Source: a virus
Lineage: Duplodnaviria > Caudoviricetes
Reading direction: 5' to 3' (one strand)
DNA: 64,000 bases
IMG/VR virus record: IMGVR_UViG_3300025713_000650
Span: 32,001 to 96,000 of that record
Within the stretch, counting starts at the first letter, position 1. Each line of letters starts with the position of its first letter. Under the pieces are notes generated by a model. It saw only the letters and a program-made list of their open reading frames with translations, was not told the DNA's origin and searched no databases. Shown here piece by piece: positions 1 to 7,425 of this stretch. A program made the position numbers and the translations under genes.

Positions 1-317
1 GGTTTATTATCTAACCAAGGTCTTTCTAATGTTACACAGAATACGGAATGATTGAGTTTTAATACCCCAAACATTCCGTATTCTAAATTATTTTCTAGTC
101 TTATTATTTCTAAAATATTATCATAAACCATTATGTTTTTCTCTTTTTGTTTTTCTTTAATATTTCCAGAATCATTAACTGTTTCTTCTTTGACTGTTAC
201 TTCAGAAGAAATAGTTATAGTTTCGTTATTTTCTTTTTTAGGTTTTTTGTTCTTAGTTGAGGTTCCAAAGTTTATTAAAATGTGTAAGAGTTTTTGAATT
301 ATATTTTGACCAATCAA
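1..317 (-). CDS. DUF5675-like protein, partial (runs off the window start)
   Basis: Not in the ORF track. Hand translation gives ...MVYDNILEIIRLENNLEYGMFGVLKLNHSVFCVTLERPWLDNK, matching the FG.L...FC.TLE.PW.DN pattern. Start is ATG 131 or TTG 317 (GGAG upstream). Confidence 0.55.
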   Translation of the reverse strand, partial: MIGQNIIQKLLHILINFGTSTKNKKPKKENNETITISSEVTVKEETVNDSGNIKEKQKEKNIMVYDNILEIIRLENNLEYGMFGVLKLNHSVFCVTLERPWLDNK

Positions 318-591
318 TATTTTCTTTTCTCCATTTATTAACAAGATAATTAAACAAAATTGGATTTGCTTTTTTTAGTAAAAATCCAATTCGATTTTCA
401 AAATTAATAATTGTTTTTCCTGTTTTTTCTTTATATCTTTTCAATTCTTCTCTAATATCAATCTCTTTTGGAATTTGTTCTAAAGGTAAATCATTAAGAT
501 ATCTTTCAAAATTTGCTTTACTGAATTTTGATTTAAGAAAAACAATTTCGTTGTTTTTTGTAATACATGTTCCTTCAAAAAATTTCTCCAA
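253..591 (-). CDS. hypothetical protein
   Basis: 112-aa ORF with AGGAGG RBS. Confidence 0.6.
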   Translation of the reverse strand: MEKFFEGTCITKNNEIVFLKSKFSKANFERYLNDLPLEQIPKEIDIREELKRYKEKTGKTIINFENRIGFLLKKANPILFNYLVNKWRKENIDWSKYNSKTLTHFNKLWNLN

Positions 592-618
592 TTTTTCCTC
601 CTTTCTCTTTTTTTTAAA

Positions 619-695
619 TGGTGGACCGGGCGGGGCTCGAACCCACGACCTACTGATTAAAAGTCAGTTGCTCTAGCCAACTGAGCTACCGGTCC
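619..695 (-). tRNA. tRNA-Lys(UUU)
   Basis: Cloverleaf, anticodon loop CU-UUU-AA, CCA encoded. Confidence 0.95.
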
Positions 696-698
696 ATG

Positions 699-774
699 TG
701 GCAGGGGAGGAGGGATTTGAACCCCCGTAAACAGCTTCAAAGGCTGCCATCTGTAACCACTCGATTACTCCCCA
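699..774 (-). tRNA. tRNA-Gln(UUG)
   Basis: U1-A72 acceptor pair, loop CU-UUG-AA, GCCA end. Confidence 0.9.
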
Positions 775-788
775 ATAATTATTTTTGA

Positions 789-861
789 TGGTCCAGTCAG
801 GATTTGAACCTGAAACCATTCGGTTATGAGCCGAGGGCTCTACCAATTGAGCTACTGGACC
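789..861 (-). tRNA. tRNA with CAU anticodon (Ile2-like or elongator Met)
   Basis: GGUCCAG acceptor, CGG-CUCAUAA-CCG anticodon arm, CCA not encoded. Confidence 0.9.
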
Positions 862-877
862 TAAATTTTAATTTTAT

Positions 878-1209
878 AAATATTTGGCAAGAAAACCGCT
901 ATCCCTTTAGGGTAGCGGATGAATTGCCTACCCTATTGGATAATTCGCCTTACGGCGTTATGCGTACTCCGCAACGCTGTTACCACGTTACTTTTCCGAC
1001 ATCATCTCGACAATGATATATAGGCTTTTTACATCCACAACACCGAAGTGTACCCTTAGCTTCTACTTAATTGTGGACAACAGAGCAACGGTCTGATGCG
1101 TCAACCGAGGGTGTTATGACCTAAATATCGTAGCTATGATTTCTCATAGCTTAGTCTGGTGAACTGGCTCAATAGAAGCCCCGACCCTTTAGGGTCGTGG
1201 GTAGTTCAC
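878..1209 (-). mobile_element. non-autonomous IS200/IS605 element consisting of an IscB-type omegaRNA (HEARO-like) with no ORF
   Basis: Minus strand starts GTGAACTACCCACGACCCTAAAGGGTCGGGGCTTC...GTTCACCAGACTAAG...CTACG...GCTCTG...CATTGTCGAG, the same scaffold as 21443-21687. Sub-terminal hairpins at both ends, TTTAT just outside the left end, TTCAC right end. Confidence 0.85.
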
Positions 1210-1371
1210 TCTGATTTTAAATTTTTTATCTTTGATATAGTAATGCTTTAAATTGACTTATTCAATTTGTTTATCAAGAAGTTTTAATTTAATCAATGCT
1301 CTTGCAACTTAAATTCTTTCTTTTTTTCACAATTTTCCCATTTTAGGTTTGAAGTTTAAATCTTATTTGTA

Positions 1372-1461
1372 AGGAGAGTAAGGGATTCGAACCCTTGGTG
1401 CCACGCTAATGACACAACGGTTTTCAAGACCGCCGCCTTAATCCATCTCGGCCAACTCTCC
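1372..1461 (-). tRNA. tRNA-Ser(UGA)
   Basis: Long variable arm, loop CU-UGA-AA. Confidence 0.93.
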
Positions 1462-1467
1462 ATTAAA

Positions 1468-1497
1468 ACCCCCAGTCTTAACGGCGACTGAGGGGGT
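1468..1497 (-). terminator. GC-rich hairpin followed by UUUU, upstream of tRNA-Ser (terminator or processing element)
   Basis: ACCCCC-CAGTC/GACTG-GGGGT stem. Confidence 0.35.
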
Positions 1498-1535
1498 GCC
1501 ACAACCCTAAACCTTAGGTAAAGGATTATCCTAAT

Positions 1536-1742
1536 CTAATATAAATTAGAATTAGTTCCGTGTAAGTAACCTAACCAAAATGGCCAGAAAAACATGTTAA
1601 TAAATAATAATACTAAAAAGAACATAATCTTATTTAAATTATAAAATTCTTTTGGTTTACCATATCTGAATTTAACTGTAAAACAATAAGAAAAAGTATA
1701 ACTAAATCCTAAAATCCATAGAAAGATTATCAGTTCCCACAT
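1536..1742 (-). CDS. small two-TM membrane protein
   Basis: Two hydrophobic segments, AAGGA RBS. Confidence 0.6.
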   Translation of the reverse strand: MWELIIFLWILGFSYTFSYCFTVKFRYGKPKEFYNLNKIMFFLVLLFINMFFWPFWLGYLHGTNSNLY

Positions 1743-1782
1743 ATTTTATTCCTTTCTTTTGATTTTTTGGATTTAATAAGAA

Positions 1783-1855
1783 TAGGGCCGGAGGGGTTCG
1801 AACCCTCGATTACAAGATTGAAAATCTTGTGACCTAACCACTAGTCCACGGCCCC
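1783..1855 (-). tRNA. tRNA-Glu(UUC)
   Basis: Cloverleaf, loop UU-UUC-AA. Confidence 0.9.
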
Positions 1856-1872
1856 ATATAATTTTTAATTTC

Positions 1873-1949
1873 TGGTCCGGATGGAAGGATTTGAACCTTC
1901 GACCCCCTGATCCCAGGTCAGGTGCGCTACCAGACTGCGCTACACCCGG
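1873..1949 (-). tRNA. tRNA-Pro(UGG)
   Basis: C1-G72, A73, CCA; loop CC-UGG-GA (C33). Confidence 0.9.
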
Positions 1950-2001
1950 AAATATTTTTTTAATCTATTTATTTATTCCAATTTTTTTTAAAAGAAATAT
2001 C

Positions 2002-2592
2002 TTAATTTTCTTTATATTGATGTTTACGATATTTTTTCCAATTTTTATGATGTTCTTTTACAATATCATCCCAAGAATTTGGAATATATTTGAAGCTTCT
2101 TTTGGTTCTTAATTTTATGGGGTAATCTTCATTTTCCCCAAGAAATGACCAACGTCTTTCTTGTGTTGTTCTCATGTATCTAAAATATGATTTATACCAA
2201 TGACGTTTTCCCGTATCCGGCACTGGTGTTTTTCTGTAAATAAATTTTTTAATATATTTCTTATTTCTATTTTTTCTTTTATTTAAGTTATATTTTCTAA
2301 AATCATTTTTAATATTTTCAGGATCTAAAGTAACTCCATCCTTTTCAACAACATAGAGTGTTGATTTTTCGTCAATTAAAATAGGTTTACGATTAAAAGG
2401 ATTTAAAAATTGACAATATCTATATTGATATAAAGCAACTGAATCAAAACTTTTACCAATTCTTAAAATAATATCCATATTCAAATATGATAAAAATTCT
2501 TCATAAGAATCATAAACAATTATTCTGTTTTCTCTTGTATATAAGAAAACATGTGATTCTTTTTTCTCAACAACATAAAACTTTTGTTTCAT
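2002..2592 (-). CDS. conserved basic hypothetical protein (PVP..G / RTTQERR / P.SWDD / WK..RK.QYK motifs)
   Basis: GGAGG RBS; Arg/Lys/Trp-rich C-terminal motifs. Confidence 0.75.
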   Translation of the reverse strand: MKQKFYVVEKKESHVFLYTRENRIIVYDSYEEFLSYLNMDIILRIGKSFDSVALYQYRYCQFLNPFNRKPILIDEKSTLYVVEKDGVTLDPENIKNDFRKYNLNKRKNRNKKYIKKFIYRKTPVPDTGKRHWYKSYFRYMRTTQERRWSFLGENEDYPIKLRTKRSFKYIPNSWDDIVKEHHKNWKKYRKHQYKEN

Positions 2593-2617
2593 TTTTTAAA
2601 CCTCCATTTTTACTTAC

Positions 2618-2647
2618 TTAATGGAAGCCTGAAAAATATATTCTCAT
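2618..2647 (-). CDS. putative 9-aa leader peptide MRIYFSGFH
   Basis: GGAG RBS 6 nt upstream; stop lies 25 nt before the next gene. Confidence 0.3.
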   Translation of the reverse strand: MRIYFSGFH

Positions 2648-2670
2648 ATTTATCTCCGTTGAAATATTTA

Positions 2671-2830
2671 AGTCCCCGTCTCTCCGGGTGTCAAGCCTTT
2701 GATAGTCGGCTTTCACTCCAGGTGCCATTTCACTGTGGCCTCAATGCACCTGGTTGAGTGTTCCATTTCCACAGTCTGGATCTGATCTTCCAGTTCGTAA
2801 ACACATTATCTATCGGGATTTAGATAAGGG
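2671..2830 (-). ncRNA. unassigned structured ncRNA within the tRNA cluster
   Basis: GC-rich island with five stems and a 7-bp pseudoknot (ACUGUGG/CCACAGU); no ORF. Confidence 0.7.
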
Positions 2831-2853
2831 TTTAGAAGAATATTTTTGATTAA

Positions 2854-2926
2854 AGCTGGAGGTGAGAATTGAACTCACGACCTATTGATTACAAATCAAT
2901 TGCTCTACCTGCTGAGCTACTCCAGC
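2854..2926 (-). tRNA. tRNA-Thr(UGU)
   Basis: Cloverleaf, loop UU-UGU-AA. Confidence 0.95.
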
Positions 2927-3001
2927 AATATTTTTAATTATGTTCTAGTACAGGTTTGTAATTATCTTCAATATATTTTCATCAATTCATCTAAAAAAAT
3001 T

Positions 3002-3076
3002 TGGCTCCCCGTCTTGGATTTGAACCAAGGACACTCTGATTAACAGTCAGATGCTCTACCACTGAGCTAACGGGGA
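3002..3076 (-). tRNA. tRNA-Asn(GUU)
   Basis: Cloverleaf, loop CU-GUU-AA, GCCA end. Confidence 0.95.
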
Positions 3077-3091
3077 ATAATTAACTTTGAG

Positions 3092-3165
3092 CACGCTCGG
3101 AAGGATTCGAACCTTCGACCTATGGATTAGAAGTCCATTGCTCTATCCAACTGAGCTACGAGCGC
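3092..3165 (-). tRNA. tRNA-Arg(UCU)
   Basis: Cloverleaf, loop CU-UCU-AA. Confidence 0.95.
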
Positions 3166-3200
3166 ATAAAAAAAGAATACTCTCTTAGAGTATTTTTTAT

Positions 3201-3221
3201 TTCACTAATTAATATATATAG
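3201..3221 (-). promoter_or_regulatory. phage promoter motif CTATATATATTAATTAGTGAA (copy 1, upstream of the tRNA cluster)
   Basis: One of 8 same-orientation intergenic copies. Confidence 0.7.
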
Positions 3222-3461
3222 TTATTGTTTGCTTAAATGATTGTTAATCTCGAGTATATTATCTCTTAAATTTTTAACTAGATTATTAAAAGTTCTTTCA
3301 ATGTTTTGTTTCCATAATTCTTTTTCTTCAACGGGAGTATCATTTCTTAAAATTTGTTCCGTATTTTTAAAAAAGAATCTAAATTGTAATTCAACTCTAT
3401 TTAATTTTTTTAAAATCGTGTTATTTTGTTTTATCTGATCTATCTGTTTTTGATTTGTCAT
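3222..3461 (-). CDS. hypothetical protein
   Basis: 79-aa ORF on the coding strand. Confidence 0.5.
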   Translation of the reverse strand: MTNQKQIDQIKQNNTILKKLNRVELQFRFFFKNTEQILRNDTPVEEKELWKQNIERTFNNLVKNLRDNILEINNHLSKQ

Positions 3462-3517
3462 TAAGCAAAAAATAGAAGGTATATTTAAATAATATACCTT
3501 CTTTCTCCTTTATTTTT

Positions 3518-3805
3518 TTAGAAAATTTTAATTATCTTTATCTTATTAAAGAATTTTATATACTTAACATAAAGAATATAATCTTTAGGAAATTTATTAA
3601 ATATTTCTTTACTTACTTTAATTTTTATAATCTTTTCTGGATAATTTCTTAAACTAATATTGAAAAAGAAATTATTTGATAATTTATTTGATAATTTTCT
3701 AACAATTTTTCCTCTCCCAATAAAAATACCAAATCTTTCGTAAATTTTCTTAATACTAAAAATTATTAATAAGATTATTAAAATTGTAATTATTATATTT
3801 CTCAT
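3518..3805 (-). CDS. hypothetical protein with N-terminal TM anchor
   Basis: Hydrophobic N-terminus; ATGA overlap with the upstream gene. Confidence 0.6.
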   Translation of the reverse strand: MRNIIITILIILLIIFSIKKIYERFGIFIGRGKIVRKLSNKLSNNFFFNISLRNYPEKIIKIKVSKEIFNKFPKDYILYVKYIKFFNKIKIIKIF

Positions 3806-4005
3806 CCAGCAATCCTTTTATTTTCCATTTGTTTAATCCATGTTGTTTTTGTTGGAACCTCTTTTTCTTTATGAATTAATGCACAATTAGGACACAATGG
3901 AACATCTTTTTTAGGATGCCAATATCTAGTCTCTTTTCCACAAAAACAACAATTTTCAGCAAATCCTGAATGTAAATTTTTTGGTTCTAATTCTATTCTT
4001 ATCAT
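3802..4005 (-). CDS. small zinc-finger protein
   Basis: CCFC...CPNC; GAGGAGG RBS. Confidence 0.65.
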   Translation of the reverse strand: MIRIELEPKNLHSGFAENCCFCGKETRYWHPKKDVPLCPNCALIHKEKEVPTKTTWIKQMENKRIAG

Positions 4006-4006
4006 T

Positions 4007-5875
4007 TTATTCCTCCTCTTGTTTTTTAGTTATCATTTTTATAAAATCCAATTCGGTTATAATGGGAATACCGTGTTTCTTTGCTTTTAAATATTTTGAA
4101 GAAGAAGATGATTCATTAGTAATTAAATATTTAGTATTTTTACTGATTGTCCCTAATGAAATCCCATTTTCATTTAATATTTTTTCAAACCTGTTTCTAG
4201 GCATTGACAATTTACCTGTAACTGCAACTGAATATTTTATTTTCCTCTCTTCTAATTGCTCATTTGAAATTGGAATAATTTTTGATAATAAATTCCAAAA
4301 ATCATATTTTCTATATAATTCATTTTTAATATTTATAGGAACATCTAATGTATTAATTTCACTTAATAAGAATGTTTCGGGAACTACTTTTCTTAAAGCA
4401 TATGATGCAGATTTACCCAAACCTGTTAAATTACAAATATACCAAAATTCAGATATTGTAAAATTATTATTAAATTTCTTTAATAAATTATATTCTAATT
4501 CTGTTATTAATTTTCCATAATGATTCCCAAATAAATTTTGATTATCTTCTAATCTTTTTTCTTTATTTACATTTTTTAAATATTCAACTAACTCACAAAC
4601 TAAAGATACTGTTTTATATTTATTTATCCATTCTTCTAATGTATTAGGACCCAAACCATCAGGAATACCAGATATTTCTAAAATCTTTAAAATATTACCT
4701 TTTATTCTTGCAGGACAATCTAAATTGTTGCAAACTAAATGAACGCTTTCCCAATCTAAATGAAATCCACAAACAGGACATCTTTCAGGAAGATCAACTT
4801 CTTGTTCTTGTAAAACATTTCTAATATAAGGTATAACATCACCAGATCTTATAACAGTAATTAATGAATTTCTATTTAAGCCATTATCTTTAATATACTG
4901 AGCGTTGTGAGCTGTAATATTTTGGATGTTTGCTTGACAAATAAAAATAGGTTTTTTAAGTTTAACAACGGGAATAACTCTTCCTGATATTCCTGTTTTC
5001 CATATTATATCCTCAACTAAACCTACACCAGTTTCACCTTCAAATTTATAAGCTATCATATTTTCAATAATATCTTTTCCACTTCTTATAACTGAATTTT
5101 TATTTATAACTAAACCATCAATAGGAAATAAAAATTTTATTTTTTCATATATTTCTTTAAGATTTTCTACATTTATTTCATCAATAAAAGAATAAATTGG
5201 AAAATCATCAAAAAACCCCCAACTAGATAAATAAGTAAATATATCTGTTTTATAATCAACTTTATATGATTTATCTTCTAAAATTCTAATACTATATGGA
5301 ATAAATTCTACCATATCTAAATCTTTTGTAATTTCATCACGATTTAAAATTCCTGAAACATAATTTCTTGGAGATGGAATATCTCTATTTTTTAATTCTT
5401 GTTCATATTTAATAGGAATAATACATTCACCTCTTATTGATAATAAACCTTTTGGTAAATTATGAATATTATATTTTTCTAAAATATATTTTATTTTATT
5501 TGTGCAAACTCTTCCATTTAACCCATCACCTCTTGATAATGCTTTTATTAAAATACCATTTTGATAATATAAAACAAAAGAACCTCCATCAAATTTTGGA
5601 GAGATAATAACATTTTTTGTAAAATCATAAGGAATATTTTCATTATATTTAAATTTTGAATTTATTGATCCAACTAAAGATCCAATGTGTCTTGATTTAC
5701 TTTTTTCTTCAGGTTTATATCCCCAACCGACAGATTGTAATATCTCAGAATTTGGATTTTGTATTTTTAAAATCTCAACTAAATTATCAAATTCTTCATC
5801 AGTAATAAACGCTTGACCTTCATAATATGATTTACTTGCAGAAATGATTTTTAATTCTAAATCTGAATATTCCAT
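4007..5875 (-). CDS. ligA: NAD-dependent DNA ligase
   Basis: YYEG..ITDEEFD Ia domain, KFDG adenylation motif, RSGDVIP OB fold, C4 zinc finger, C-terminal BRCT (VTGKL). Confidence 0.95.
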   Translation of the reverse strand: MEYSDLELKIISASKSYYEGQAFITDEEFDNLVEILKIQNPNSEILQSVGWGYKPEEKSKSRHIGSLVGSINSKFKYNENIPYDFTKNVIISPKFDGGSFVLYYQNGILIKALSRGDGLNGRVCTNKIKYILEKYNIHNLPKGLLSIRGECIIPIKYEQELKNRDIPSPRNYVSGILNRDEITKDLDMVEFIPYSIRILEDKSYKVDYKTDIFTYLSSWGFFDDFPIYSFIDEINVENLKEIYEKIKFLFPIDGLVINKNSVIRSGKDIIENMIAYKFEGETGVGLVEDIIWKTGISGRVIPVVKLKKPIFICQANIQNITAHNAQYIKDNGLNRNSLITVIRSGDVIPYIRNVLQEQEVDLPERCPVCGFHLDWESVHLVCNNLDCPARIKGNILKILEISGIPDGLGPNTLEEWINKYKTVSLVCELVEYLKNVNKEKRLEDNQNLFGNHYGKLITELEYNLLKKFNNNFTISEFWYICNLTGLGKSASYALRKVVPETFLLSEINTLDVPINIKNELYRKYDFWNLLSKIIPISNEQLEERKIKYSVAVTGKLSMPRNRFEKILNENGISLGTISKNTKYLITNESSSSSKYLKAKKHGIPIITELDFIKMITKKQEEE

Positions 5876-5916
5876 TTATTCTCCTTTCTTTTTTTAGATT
5901 TAAAAAAAGAGAGTGT

Positions 5917-6546
5917 TTAACTCTCTTTAATAACTATTGACATATACCCGTACATATCCAATACATTCTTCACATAGTTTAATGTCTCGGTATATGGTGG
6001 AATGTCATTATATTTATTAACAGCTCCAATTCCAGCATTATAAGCCGCAAGTATTAATTTTATATCCTCAAATTGTTGATGACAATAAGCTAATATCTGT
6101 GCTCCAACATCAATATTTACTTCAATATCATAAATACTTGATTCATCAATACATCTTATTTCTAATAATTTAAGATGTTGATCAATCATTATTTGAGTTA
6201 ATCCTTTTGCACCTTTTGGTGATTTTGCATTTGGATTCCACTGTGATTCAATATCTATTACTGATGTTAAAAGAATAGGATCAATATCGTATCTTGTTGC
6301 AGAATTAACAATACATTTTGCAATATTGATTCTTGTTTTTTCATCTAGATTACTTCTTAAAGAAATTAAATAAGAAATGTCATCTGAATAAATTTGTCTC
6401 CCAACCTCTACCGTAATAACTTCGATTTCGGGTTCACATGTACATTCATTTTCATATACTTTAGAAAACACAGATAAATTGACAAAGAACAATATCCCAA
6501 AGACACATAAAAACGTAATAAAAATACTTGTCTTAATTTTAATCAT
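5917..6546 (-). CDS. membrane-anchored lytic transglycosylase (SLT domain)
   Basis: IESQWNPNAKSPKGAKGLTQIM and AAYNAG motifs; N-terminal TM; GGAGG before ATG 6546. Confidence 0.92.
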   Translation of the reverse strand: MIKIKTSIFITFLCVFGILFFVNLSVFSKVYENECTCEPEIEVITVEVGRQIYSDDISYLISLRSNLDEKTRINIAKCIVNSATRYDIDPILLTSVIDIESQWNPNAKSPKGAKGLTQIMIDQHLKLLEIRCIDESSIYDIEVNIDVGAQILAYCHQQFEDIKLILAAYNAGIGAVNKYNDIPPYTETLNYVKNVLDMYGYMSIVIKES

Positions 6547-6568
6547 AATAAATCCTCCTCTTATTTTT

Positions 6569-6589
6569 TTCATTAATTAATATATATAC
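6569..6589 (-). promoter_or_regulatory. phage promoter motif copy 2
   Basis: GTATATATATTAATTAATGAA upstream of the SLT-ligase operon. Confidence 0.65.
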
Positions 6590-6665
6590 AAAATTACAAC
6601 TAAAAATAAAAAAGAAAATTGAAAATGATTAGAACAAAAATTAAAAATGAGAAGAGGTTGATTAA

Positions 6666-7355
6666 TTGAAAAATCCTGTTGATAATAAAGATAATGAAAA
6701 TAGGACAATTATTATTGAGGCCCAAGAAAGATATTCAGATTGCCTGAATGATTCTATGCATAATCCTATTAAAAGAGGATATCGAAGAGTACCTAGGAAT
6801 TATGTTGATATTTATGAGGTAAAAGATAATAAAAGAAAACTTTTAACAAGAAGTAACCTAGTTGTTTCAGCTGGTAGAGAATGGACTGCATCCAGGATTT
6901 TAAATATGCAAAATGTTAATATTTCTGCAACACCTAATGAATTTTTATGTTGGTTTGGTGTAGGTTCTGGTGGATGTTTATTAGAAGATCCATTAAATCC
7001 CATTTCTCCAACAAATGCAGATACTGACTTATCAAATAAAGTTATTTTAAGTGAAAATAATTTTTCATATGGTGATTATATTACAAGTGAAGGATATTAT
7101 AAAAAACAATTTGATAATATTGAGTTTGTCCAAGATCAAGATAATAATGATGCATATTTAATATGTTTAGTTACAAATTCTTTGACTCAAGATGATGCAA
7201 ATGAACAAACAATTAATGAAGCTGCTTTATATACAGGAATTTCAAGTTTATCTGGTTATGGTGGTCCTTTTACTTTATATGCTAAAATTACATTTCAAAC
7301 AATTATAAAAAAGCCTAATATGAATTTAGTTTTTGCTTGGTATTTATTTTTCTAA
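6666..7355 (+). CDS. putative virion/baseplate-tail fibre attachment protein
   Basis: NLVV..G, GVGSGG, NEAALY, LYAKITF..I.K...W pattern typical of tail-collar-like structural proteins; directly upstream of the sheath gene. Confidence 0.55.
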   Translation: MKNPVDNKDNENRTIIIEAQERYSDCLNDSMHNPIKRGYRRVPRNYVDIYEVKDNKRKLLTRSNLVVSAGREWTASRILNMQNVNISATPNEFLCWFGVGSGGCLLEDPLNPISPTNADTDLSNKVILSENNFSYGDYITSEGYYKKQFDNIEFVQDQDNNDAYLICLVTNSLTQDDANEQTINEAALYTGISSLSGYGGPFTLYAKITFQTIIKKPNMNLVFAWYLFF

Positions 7356-7425
7356 AAGGAAGTCTAAAAAATATTAAAAAAATAAAAAAAAGAAAAGTAG
7401 AGAATATCTCGGAGGATTTTTTTAA

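Noticed and set aside
804-2112. Plus-strand ORFs 804-1016 and 1891-2112
   Set aside because: Antisense to tRNAs, the omegaRNA element and a real gene; no RBS.
2671-2830. tmRNA, 6S, SRP or RNase P identity for the ncRNA
   Set aside because: No tRNA-like ends or tag ORF, no long 6S-type rod, no SRP or RNase P consensus.
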